Below, piece by piece: positions 30,663-38,740 of a stretch of 64,000 bases of DNA. Position numbers and translations under genes: made by a program. The stretch is taken from contig JAMOPG010000233.1 of assembly GCA_027064715.1 (NCBI GenBank), positions 1,694 through 65,693 of the forward strand, written 5' to 3'. Source of the stretch: Desulfobacterales bacterium. Its GTDB lineage: Bacteria > Desulfobacterota > Desulfovibrionia > Desulfovibrionales > Desulfothermaceae. Under the pieces are notes generated by a model, which was given only the letters and a program-made list of their open reading frames with translations, had not been told where the DNA came from and ran no database searches. Within the stretch, counting starts at the first letter, position 1. Each line of letters starts with the position of its first letter.

Positions 30663-30760
30663 TCTACCTCCAAAAAGTGTCATTGATGTCTCTTCTTTTT
30701 ATATTAAATTATAGAGCACCAAAAGTGAAGTATTTATTGTTGATTTTGTAATGTTTAAAG

Positions 30761-30789
30761 ATGCAACATTTATATTAAAACTGTTGCAT
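30761..30789. promoter_or_regulatory. Candidate enhancer (UAS) palindrome ATGCAACA-N13-TGTTGCAT
   Basis: Perfect 8-bp inverted repeat about 150-170 bp upstream of the sigma-54 promoter. Further TGTTG(C/T)(A/G) copies at 30796, 30853 and 30923. Confidence 0.45.
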
Positions 30790-30933
30790 TTTTATTGTTG
30801 CGTTGGTAACTATTTAAATTTAAATGATAAAATGGAATTTTAAAAATAATCATGTTGTATTTTGCAATAATATAATGTCTGTAAAATGTGGTGTTACAAT
30901 ATTATTTTTAATGAAAACAATATGTTGCAAATT

Positions 30934-30949
30934 TGGCACCTTGTTTGCT
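30934..30949 (+). promoter_or_regulatory. Sigma-54 (-24/-12) promoter
   Basis: TGGCAC-cttgt-TTGCT fits TGGCAC-N5-TTGCW with correct GG/GC spacing. It lies about 35 nt upstream of the ATG at 30984. Confidence 0.65.
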
Positions 30950-30983
30950 GATACAGTAGCAAAGAGAAAAAAGGGGGTATAAG

Positions 30984-31160
30984 ATGTTGAAAAAAGAAAA
31001 AGTTTTAAAAAAACTTGAAAGGATTATGGTAGCAGTGACCTTTGCAGAGGCAAATCTACATGAGGAGTCAGTAAATATCTTGAATGAAGATAAAGAGAAG
31101 AGGGTGGAAAAAGGGATAAGGATTGAGAAAAAACAGCAAAGGCCACAAATTAGATTGTAA
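30984..31160 (+). CDS. Unannotated 58-aa ORF (below the ORF-track cutoff)
   Basis: AAGGGGG RBS 6-7 nt upstream of the ATG. Translation is MLKKEKVLKKLERIMVAVTFAEANLHEESVNILNEDKEKRVEKGIRIEKKQQRPQIRL. It shares the AVxFAE..H motif with the next two genes. Confidence 0.5.
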   Translation: MLKKEKVLKKLERIMVAVTFAEANLHEESVNILNEDKEKRVEKGIRIEKKQQRPQIRL

Positions 31161-31191
31161 CATTTTGGTTTTGAGTAATAGGAGGTAAGAG

Positions 31192-31674
31192 ATGGGGAAG
31201 ATATTGGTGGTCAGTAATGGTATCTATCCTGATCTACAAAGTGTGAGTTATACAGTGGAGCTGGCCACCTCCTTAAACTCACAAGTAGAAATCTTAGAGG
31301 TTGTGCCAAAAGATCAAGGGATAGCTTTTTTAAACAGGAAAAAAAGTCTTTTGGGTGCTGTAAAGTCTTTGATGGAAGATGTGTATGTTGCTGTTGGTTT
31401 TGCAGAAGAAAATCAGCATGACATTGCCAAAGAGATTATAAATGAAGCAGTTATGAATCTTCATCCTTATATTACTAAGTTGAAGAATTGTGGAATCCAT
31501 GCACGTCTAGTGTTAAAAAGTGGTGAATTCTTAAAAGAGACAAAAGATTTTATAAGGAAAAATAAAGATATATTGATGGCAATTTTGGCTATTAAAAAGG
31601 ATAAAAAAAGCCAATTTTATCTTGATAGGTTGAAAAAAGAAGTAGACATACCAATTATAATGGTTGGAACTTAA
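31192..31674 (+). CDS. Universal-stress-protein-like (degenerate USP fold) protein
   Basis: AGGAGG RBS. A USP-like start (KILVVSNG...ELATSLNSQVEILEVV) and end (DIPIIMVG), but no clear G-2x-G-9x-G(S/T) ATP motif. Confidence 0.5.
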   Translation: MGKILVVSNGIYPDLQSVSYTVELATSLNSQVEILEVVPKDQGIAFLNRKKSLLGAVKSLMEDVYVAVGFAEENQHDIAKEIINEAVMNLHPYITKLKNCGIHARLVLKSGEFLKETKDFIRKNKDILMAILAIKKDKKSQFYLDRLKKEVDIPIIMVGT

Positions 31675-31697
31675 TAATTTTTAAAAGGAGGTTAGGT

Positions 31698-32252
31698 ATG
31701 GGGCTTTTTGATATATTCAAGAAAAAGGCAAATGAGGCAAAAGAAGAGATAATTAAATACCAGGAGGCAGTTGCATTTGCTGAGGAAGGAGAACATGGCG
31801 AAGCGAAACGGCGTATGAAAAAAGATACTTCTTTAGGTGATGTAAAGTCCATTTTATTAGTTGTGGGTAATGGCAATTCTTTTGGAAAAGATGTGATTGA
31901 ATATTCTATAGAGATGGCAAAAAAGTTTAATTATAAAATTGTTGCTCTAAATGCGGCTCCGATTGGTGATGATTTACCTGTAAAAAGTAATGAAAGGAGA
32001 AAACTTAGAGAAGAATTTATGGAAAAATGTAACTTATCAGCAGAAAATTTTAGAGATCTTGCTGAAAAACAAGGAATAGAGCTTGAACATGTAGTGAAGT
32101 TTTTGAACAAAGATGATGCTCTAGAAGAGATCAAAAGAGAGATACCAGGGATTGAATTTGTTATATCAGATAAAGAAAGAGATTTTGTACCATGTACATC
32201 GGAAAATAGGGCAAGTAAGAGACCATCTGTATGTGTTTATTCAATGGTATAA
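31698..32252 (+). CDS. USP-like protein with an N-terminal helical extension
   Basis: AGGAGG RBS. SILLVVGNGNSFGKDVIEYSIEMAKKFNYKIVALN resembles the first USP strand-helix-strand. The N-terminal extension carries AVAFAEEGEH. Confidence 0.5.
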   Translation: MGLFDIFKKKANEAKEEIIKYQEAVAFAEEGEHGEAKRRMKKDTSLGDVKSILLVVGNGNSFGKDVIEYSIEMAKKFNYKIVALNAAPIGDDLPVKSNERRKLREEFMEKCNLSAENFRDLAEKQGIELEHVVKFLNKDDALEEIKREIPGIEFVISDKERDFVPCTSENRASKRPSVCVYSMV

Positions 32253-32279
32253 AAAAGGGCCTGAGATTGGCCCTTTTTT
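32252..32279 (+). terminator. Rho-independent terminator
   Basis: AAAAAGGGCC - tgagatt - GGCCCTTTTT, directly after the stop at 32250-32252. Confidence 0.7.
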
Positions 32280-32309
32280 ATAATTTGGTTAAGGAGGTGA
32301 CATAGGAAA

Positions 32310-32402
32310 ATGGATATGGCATTTTATTTAAAAATTTTACTTGTTATAGTAACTTTTGGTATTTGTTTTTTGTTTAAGGAAGAAAATAAAAAAAGCAAAT
32401 AA
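32310..32402 (+). CDS. Candidate 30-aa hydrophobic peptide ORF
   Basis: AAGGAGGTG upstream. Translation is MDMAFYLKILLVIVTFGICFLFKEENKKSK (one TM segment plus a charged tail). It is bracketed by two terminator-like hairpins. Confidence 0.3.
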   Translation: MDMAFYLKILLVIVTFGICFLFKEENKKSK

Positions 32403-32446
32403 TTATCTTATGGGTAGGACGCCTTAATCCTTTTGTTTTTCTCAAA

Positions 32447-32477
32447 CCCTCTCTTAAAAAAGAGGGGATTTTTTTAT
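32447..32477 (+). terminator. Terminator-like hairpin
   Basis: CCCTCT (32447-32452) pairs with AGAGGG (32461-32466), followed by GATTTTTTT. Confidence 0.55.
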
Positions 32478-32516
32478 CTAATGTTCAAATTATTCTAGTT
32501 GAAAGGGGAGGATAGT

Positions 32517-34331
32517 ATGACGCAGGACATGCTCCTTACAATGATTGTTTTAGGATTTGTTATTTTCCTGTTTGTATCTGAATGGGTAAGGGTAGATGTA
32601 GTGGGAATTATGATGATGGTGCTTTTACCACTTATGGGGTTAGTCACTCCATATGAAGCATTTTCTGGTTTAAGTTCCAATGCAGTTGTTTCAATTATTG
32701 CGGTAATTATAATTGGTGCAGGACTTGATAAAACTGGTGTTATGAATAAGGTTGCCAGTCCAATAATAAAACTGGCAGGCAACAACGAAAAGAGAATTAT
32801 AACCCTGATATCTGGTACAGTAGGAATTATCTCATCCATGATGCAAAATATTGGAGCAGCAGCACTATTTTTGCCAGCAGCTCAAAGAATAGCAAAAAGG
32901 ACCGGAGTTCCAGTATCTAGAATACTCATGCCCATGGGTTTCTGTGCAATAATTGGAGGTACCATAACTTTGGTAGGTGCAAGTCCAACCATTTTACTAA
33001 ATGATCTAATGGTCTTAAATGGACAAAAATTAAAACCTTTTGGGCTTTTTACTCAAACTCCAATTGGTATCTGTCTATTGGCAACTGCAATTATCTATTT
33101 CTCCTTTTTTGGCAAGTATGTACTCCCAGCACGAGAGGGACAGGCCGAAAAAGGGATATCTGATTTATTGATGGAAGCATATAGAGGGCTTGAAAGTGTT
33201 TTTGAGTTAGAAGTTCCTGAAGACTTTGGTAAGGCAAAGACATTGGAAGAGCTGGCAATTCGAGAGCGCTTTTTAGTGACAGTTGTGGGAATCTATTCAA
33301 ATAAAAGGAAATACAAGACTTTGGTGCCAAGATCTTCTGATACAATACAGGGCGGAGATGTCATAGCAGTTGTTGGAGCAAAGAAAAATGTAGAACTACT
33401 GACAAGAGAATTAAATTTAGTATTAAAGCCACAGTTAGAGGTCTTTGCTGAAGATCTAGCAAGGACAAATGCAGGACTTGCTGAGACCATAGTTTCACCA
33501 AGGTCAGAGTTAATTGGTAAGACCTTAAGCGAAGTTAAATTTAAGGAATTATTTGGTGTAAATCCTGTGGCCTTGTTCAAGGGAAACAAGATCTTTTACG
33601 CTGGACTTACAAATATTAGACTAAGCATGGGAGATACCCTTTTGCTCTTTGGCCCCTGGGAAAAGTTTCATATTTTAAAAAATAGGCCACAACCTAGACC
33701 ACTTAGTTTTGCATCACCATTAGAAGGAGAAATTTTAAAACCTCAAAAGGCAAAATGGGCTGTGTTTTGGCTGGCACTTGCACTTTTTCAAATTATCTTT
33801 TTTAAGGTAAGGTTGTCTGTGGCACTTATGTCTGGAGCCCTTGGAATGATCTTGACTGGTGTCCTTACAGTGGATGAGGCGTATCAGTCCGTTGACTGGA
33901 TGACAGTATTTTTACTTGGAGGACTTATTCCCTTGGGTATTGCATTTGAAAAGACAGGAACAGCGTCTTTTATTGCCCATAAGATTTTAGAAGTAATTGG
34001 AAAGCCTTCACCAATTGTCCTTCTTACAGTAGTGGCAGTCCTAACATCATTTTTTACACTTGTCATATCCAATGTGGGTGCAACAGTACTTCTGGTACCC
34101 TTATGTATGAATATGGCTGTAATGGCAGGAGCAGATCCAAGAATGGCTGCCCTTGTAGTGGCTCTTTCTGCTTCAAATACCTTTGTGTTACCCACTCATC
34201 AGGTGAATGCACTTATTATGAGACCTGGTGGTTATAGGACTGTTGATTATGCAAAGGCTGGAAGTATAATGACGGTCTTGTTCCTTGTTGTGGAATTGTC
34301 TGTCTTATATTTCTTTTATGGAATCCAATAA
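32517..34331 (+). CDS. SLC13/DASS-family anion transporter with two central TrkA-C (RCK_C) domains
   Basis: Polytopic N- and C-terminal halves flank a soluble region with two RCK_C-like repeats (GKTLEELAIRERFLVTVVGI ... GDVIAVVG and GKTLSEVKFKELFGVNPVAL ... GDTLLLFG). GGAGG precedes the ATG at 32517; the ORF is open from a TTG at 32499. Confidence 0.85.
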   Translation: MTQDMLLTMIVLGFVIFLFVSEWVRVDVVGIMMMVLLPLMGLVTPYEAFSGLSSNAVVSIIAVIIIGAGLDKTGVMNKVASPIIKLAGNNEKRIITLISGTVGIISSMMQNIGAAALFLPAAQRIAKRTGVPVSRILMPMGFCAIIGGTITLVGASPTILLNDLMVLNGQKLKPFGLFTQTPIGICLLATAIIYFSFFGKYVLPAREGQAEKGISDLLMEAYRGLESVFELEVPEDFGKAKTLEELAIRERFLVTVVGIYSNKRKYKTLVPRSSDTIQGGDVIAVVGAKKNVELLTRELNLVLKPQLEVFAEDLARTNAGLAETIVSPRSELIGKTLSEVKFKELFGVNPVALFKGNKIFYAGLTNIRLSMGDTLLLFGPWEKFHILKNRPQPRPLSFASPLEGEILKPQKAKWAVFWLALALFQIIFFKVRLSVALMSGALGMILTGVLTVDEAYQSVDWMTVFLLGGLIPLGIAFEKTGTASFIAHKILEVIGKPSPIVLLTVVAVLTSFFTLVISNVGATVLLVPLCMNMAVMAGADPRMAALVVALSASNTFVLPTHQVNALIMRPGGYRTVDYAKAGSIMTVLFLVVELSVLYFFYGIQ

Positions 34332-34386
34332 TCAACCCAGTCTTGCTGTTGGTAGAAAATGATAAGTATAAAAGGAGGAGGGATAA

Positions 34387-34485
34387 ATGGCAATAATAAC
34401 TATCTCCAGAGAAAGTTATAGTTTTGGAAAAATAGTTGCTGAAAAAATAGATGCATATCAGGCTGCAAATCCAGTATCATCTTAG
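34387..34485 (+). pseudogene. 32-aa stub resembling the N-terminus of cytidylate-kinase-like family proteins
   Basis: MAIITISRESYSFGKIVAEKI resembles the MxIITISRExGSGGxxIAxxL start of that family, with the P-loop glycines lost. It terminates after 32 codons. Confidence 0.3.
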
Positions 34486-34606
34486 TTAGACAAGACTATT
34501 GAACAATAGTATATTAGATGATATGAAAATTGAATTTTGTAATAAATTAAAACAAATATCCTATGTAACAGACATTTATATTCATTTATGGGAGTGATAA
34601 ATTCCT

Positions 34607-36019
34607 ATGTTAAGAATTAGTCTTAGAAATAAAATTTTAATTACATTTTTTATACTTTTTGTTATTTCTTTCTTTATCTGTTTTTATGGATTTTATAACT
34701 ATAATAAATTGAACTATAAAATAGCAGTATTAGAAAAAAAGACAACTTTACTAAACTATATACTTGAAGCCAGAAGGCATGAAAAGAATTTTTTTATAAC
34801 TCGTGATAAGGTTTATTTAAAAACTGCGCTGGAATTTTTAAGAAAATCAGATTCATTAATTAATACTATACTAAAAGAGTATAAAGAATACATGGAGTTT
34901 CACAATTTTGATATAGTACAACAAATACTGTTAGAATATGAAAATGCCATTAAATCTCTCCAGCAAAAAGTTGAGGCAGGGTATAGCGTTGATTTAAAAG
35001 AAGCGGAATATGTAAGACAAAAGGGACACATTATAACAACAAAACTGGAGGAAGCAATAAACAAGGAAAAGGGAGCCATACGCATTCTTATTGAAAAGTC
35101 CAGGGATTATCTATTCTTGAGTGTGTTTTCAATGATTGGTGCAACAATAATTGTTTTGATCTTTTTGATCATAAATGTCATCTGTCCCTTGAAAGAGATT
35201 GAGGATGCAATAAAGAAGATTAGTACAGGTGATTATGAATTAATTCCAGATATTAAATCAGGAGATGAATTTGAAAGGCTGGCTGAAAGGCTAAATACCC
35301 TTTTATCTGATATAAAAAGGAGAAATGAACAACTTGTACAAAGTGAGAAGATGGCAGCTTTGGGTACATTGACTTCTGGAGTGGCACATGAGCTCAATAA
35401 TCCTTTGAACAACATATCTACCTCTCTTCAGATTGTTCTTGAAGAAATTGATGAAGGGGATATAGAATATCAAAAAGAGCTTTTGAGGGAGGCCTTGAAA
35501 CAGGTTGATAGGGCACAAGATATAGTTAAAAGTTTACTGGAGTTCTCAAGAGAGACTGAATTTAGCGTAAGTGAAGAAAATTTACGTCAGTTGGTAAATA
35601 ATACATTAAAATTAATTCAAGGAGAATTACCAGCCAATGTCTATGTTGATGTAGATATCCCTGATCACATCACTGCAAAAGTGGATCCCAGACGCATACA
35701 ACAGGTTTTTTTAAATCTGTTGTTAAATGCAATACAGGCCATGGAAAAAACAGGTGGACATATATATGTGAGGGCTAGAAGAGATGAAGAACAAAAAGGG
35801 GTGGTAATAGAGGTTGAAGATACTGGACCAGGGATCCCTGAAGAGATAATAGGAAAGATATTTGATCCTTTTTTTACTACAAAGGAAGTAGGAAAGGGAT
35901 CAGGGCTTGGTTTATCTGTTTCACAGGGTATAATTAGCCAACATGGAGGGACAATATCTGTCTGGAGTAAGGTTGGGGTAGGCACAAAATTCACCATATT
36001 TTTGCCAGATAAAAAATAG
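34607..36019 (+). CDS. Sensor histidine kinase (2 TM, HAMP, HisKA, HATPase_c)
   Basis: H-box SGVAHELNNPLNNI, an N-box-like region LLLNAIQAM, G-boxes DTGPGI and GSGLGLSV, and a HAMP region around CPLKEIEDAIKKISTGDYE. Confidence 0.88.
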   Translation: MLRISLRNKILITFFILFVISFFICFYGFYNYNKLNYKIAVLEKKTTLLNYILEARRHEKNFFITRDKVYLKTALEFLRKSDSLINTILKEYKEYMEFHNFDIVQQILLEYENAIKSLQQKVEAGYSVDLKEAEYVRQKGHIITTKLEEAINKEKGAIRILIEKSRDYLFLSVFSMIGATIIVLIFLIINVICPLKEIEDAIKKISTGDYELIPDIKSGDEFERLAERLNTLLSDIKRRNEQLVQSEKMAALGTLTSGVAHELNNPLNNISTSLQIVLEEIDEGDIEYQKELLREALKQVDRAQDIVKSLLEFSRETEFSVSEENLRQLVNNTLKLIQGELPANVYVDVDIPDHITAKVDPRRIQQVFLNLLLNAIQAMEKTGGHIYVRARRDEEQKGVVIEVEDTGPGIPEEIIGKIFDPFFTTKEVGKGSGLGLSVSQGIISQHGGTISVWSKVGVGTKFTIFLPDKK

Positions 36020-36034
36020 AGGTTTGTTAAAATC

Positions 36035-37393
36035 ATGGAAAATAGAGAGTTTGAGATTTTAGTTGTGGAAGACGAAGAAATTGCCAGGAAAAATCTGGAG
36101 AGGATTTTGATTAAAGAAGGTTACAGGGTAACAAGTGTGCCCAGCGGATATGAAGCAATAGATAAATTGAAGGAACAGGAGTTTGACCTTGTTGTTACAG
36201 ATCTGAAGATGGAAGGCATTGATGGAATGGAAGTGCTTAGATATGTAAAAGAGAATTTTCCACATACTGAAGTTATAATGATTACAGGTTATGCCACTGT
36301 GGATTCTGCTGTGGAGGCCATGAAAAGTGGGGCATTTCACTATATAGCCAAGCCTTACAAATTGAATGAAGTTAGGATGATAGTAAAACAAGCCCTTTCT
36401 AAAAGAGAGCTTCAGCTTGAAAATATTAAGTTAAAAGAAAAATTGTCTAACAATAAGAGTTCAGTGGTTTTAATTGGAAAGTCAAAGCCTTTTTTATCTG
36501 CACTGGATACAGCAAAACAAGTGGCTCCCACAGATGCAAATGTGTTGATCTTAGGGGAATCAGGTACAGGCAAGGAACTTGTTGCAAAATATATACATCA
36601 GATGAGCAAACGGGCAAAAAATAATTTTATTGCCTTTAATTGTGGTGCGCTTACAGAAGAATTGATGGCAAATGAGCTATTTGGGCATGAAAAAGGGGCA
36701 TATACTGGTGCTGATTCAGTAAAAAAAGGACTACTTGAAGTGGCACATGGTGGAACCCTTTTTTTAGATGAAGTGGGGGATATGCCCTTATCTATGCAGG
36801 TGAAGCTGCTTCGTGCAATTCAAGAAAGGGAAATATTAAGGGTTGGAGGAACAACTCCTATTAAGGTAGATGTGAGATTCATTGCTGCAACACATAGAAA
36901 CCTTCAAAAAGAGGTGGAAGAAGGAAATTTCAGACAGGATTTGTACTATAGATTAAACGTCGTGACCATAAAGCTTCCACCTTTGAGCGAACGAAAAGAA
37001 GATATTCCTTTACTGGTTAATCACTTTATACGCCAAAAATCTAAGGAAATGGAAAAGAATGTAAAAAATATTACAAAACAGGCAATGGATGTATTATTAA
37101 AATATTCATGGCCTGGAAATGTAAGGGAATTAGAAAATGTAATAGAACGAGCAGTGGCTTTGGCTCAAGGTGATGTTATAGATGTGGATCTACTCCCAGA
37201 CTATGTGCAGATGTATGAGGTTCATACCTTTAGAAGGGATGATTCTGACATCCCTACACTTGAGGAGATAGAGAGGGATTATATATTATGGGTATTAAAA
37301 AAATGCGGTGGCAATAAATCCCAGGCTGCAAAGATAATGGGTATTGATAGAGTCTCGTTGTGGCGTAAGTTGAAAAAGTGGATTAATAAGTAG
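36035..37393 (+). CDS. Sigma-54-dependent response regulator (NtrC family: REC-AAA+-HTH)
   Basis: Receiver ILVVEDE...VVTDLKM...KP. Walker A GESGTGKE, GAFTGA-loop variant GHEKGAYTGA, Walker B LFLDEVGDM. Fis-type HTH at the C-terminus (GNKSQAAKIMGIDRVSLWRKLKK). Confidence 0.92.
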   Translation: MENREFEILVVEDEEIARKNLERILIKEGYRVTSVPSGYEAIDKLKEQEFDLVVTDLKMEGIDGMEVLRYVKENFPHTEVIMITGYATVDSAVEAMKSGAFHYIAKPYKLNEVRMIVKQALSKRELQLENIKLKEKLSNNKSSVVLIGKSKPFLSALDTAKQVAPTDANVLILGESGTGKELVAKYIHQMSKRAKNNFIAFNCGALTEELMANELFGHEKGAYTGADSVKKGLLEVAHGGTLFLDEVGDMPLSMQVKLLRAIQEREILRVGGTTPIKVDVRFIAATHRNLQKEVEEGNFRQDLYYRLNVVTIKLPPLSERKEDIPLLVNHFIRQKSKEMEKNVKNITKQAMDVLLKYSWPGNVRELENVIERAVALAQGDVIDVDLLPDYVQMYEVHTFRRDDSDIPTLEEIERDYILWVLKKCGGNKSQAAKIMGIDRVSLWRKLKKWINK

Positions 37394-37395
37394 GA

Positions 37396-38703
37396 TTATA
37401 CGGGTTTTTCCATTAAGTTATAAATTATTTCTCCCAAAAATCTCACTTTCATATCTAATTCATAAAATTGTACAATATCTTCAAGTCCACTATGACAATT
37501 ATGGCAGGGTGCAATTACAATCTTAGCCCCAGTCTTTTTTAGTTGTTCTGCCTTTACTTTATTGCCTTTTACCCTTTTTTCTTTATATATTGGGCCACAA
37601 TTAATAACACCACCCCCTGCTCCACAACAGATATTGTGCTCTTTATTTGGATACATTTCTATTATGTTTTCACACAAATAAGACACAACCTCTCTAAGCA
37701 GGTTATGAAGTCCTCTGCCTCTAGATATATTACATGGATCATGAATCGTAACAGGCTCTTTTATTTTTTCTCTTATTTTTATTTTGCCTCTTTTTAATAG
37801 ATAAGCTAAAAATTCTACAGCATGTATAACCTTTATTGGATAATATTTCCATCCCAACTGTCTATTGATTGTATCGTACACGGACCTAAATGCATGTCCA
37901 CATTCACACATTACAATATAATTACATTTTAGTTTCAAAGCTGCTTCAAAATGAGAACGTTTTAATTGTTGAGAAATTGTATCATCCCTTACATACATTG
38001 CCATGTCACTGTTATCCCAGCCTGGTTGAGATGACATTGTCCAATTTACTTTTGCAATATTAAATATGCTGGACATATAATAAATCAACTCTGGGCTAAA
38101 TTTGGGTTCAGGTGCAATGACAGAGTACATAAAATCTGCACCAACCTTATCTATTGGGATTTCTCCCCAGGGAAATTCCCCTCTTAATTCTTCTTCCTGC
38201 CATTTTAGGGTATCTACCCATTCATCATCCTTTACCCACATTTGATTAAAAAAGGCAGCATGGGAATTTACAGTGTCTTGAATATATTGGGGAACCATCC
38301 CAATTAAACAACAAATCCTTCTTACTACAGACATCAAATAAGCAGTATCTATCCCCATAGGGCAATACAGAACACATCTTTTACAAAGAGTGCATTCAGT
38401 AAAGGCAATTTCAGCTATTTTTGCCATCTCAATTGGTGTTATTTCACCATTTTTCTTTATTATTTTTTTTAAGGTATTTTTTACCTTCCCCACAGGGGAA
38501 TAGTAGGGATCAAAGTTGTGGGATATACAAAAATGACACGCATTAAAACACATGCCACAGTTAATACATGATGATAGATAGAATTTTAATCTACTGCCGT
38601 TCTCTTTATTCAGCACCTGATCAACAGCATTTTTGATATCTTGAGTAGATATTTGTTGGCTAACTTTAATCAGATGACTATCTGTTATTTCAATGGATTC
38701 CAT
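37396..38703 (-). CDS. HdrD/DsrK-like iron-sulfur protein with CCG domains
   Basis: Two ferredoxin-type cluster motifs (CINCGMCFNAC, CTLCKRCVLYCP) and CCG-type cysteine motifs (HDPCN, CCGAGGG, PCHNCH). AGGAG precedes the ATG at 38703; the ORF is open to 38757. Confidence 0.8.
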   Translation of the reverse strand: MESIEITDSHLIKVSQQISTQDIKNAVDQVLNKENGSRLKFYLSSCINCGMCFNACHFCISHNFDPYYSPVGKVKNTLKKIIKKNGEITPIEMAKIAEIAFTECTLCKRCVLYCPMGIDTAYLMSVVRRICCLIGMVPQYIQDTVNSHAAFFNQMWVKDDEWVDTLKWQEEELRGEFPWGEIPIDKVGADFMYSVIAPEPKFSPELIYYMSSIFNIAKVNWTMSSQPGWDNSDMAMYVRDDTISQQLKRSHFEAALKLKCNYIVMCECGHAFRSVYDTINRQLGWKYYPIKVIHAVEFLAYLLKRGKIKIREKIKEPVTIHDPCNISRGRGLHNLLREVVSYLCENIIEMYPNKEHNICCGAGGGVINCGPIYKEKRVKGNKVKAEQLKKTGAKIVIAPCHNCHSGLEDIVQFYELDMKVRFLGEIIYNLMEKPV

Positions 38704-38740
38704 AATAGAAACTCCTATATTTTGAGATAGTTGAATTATT

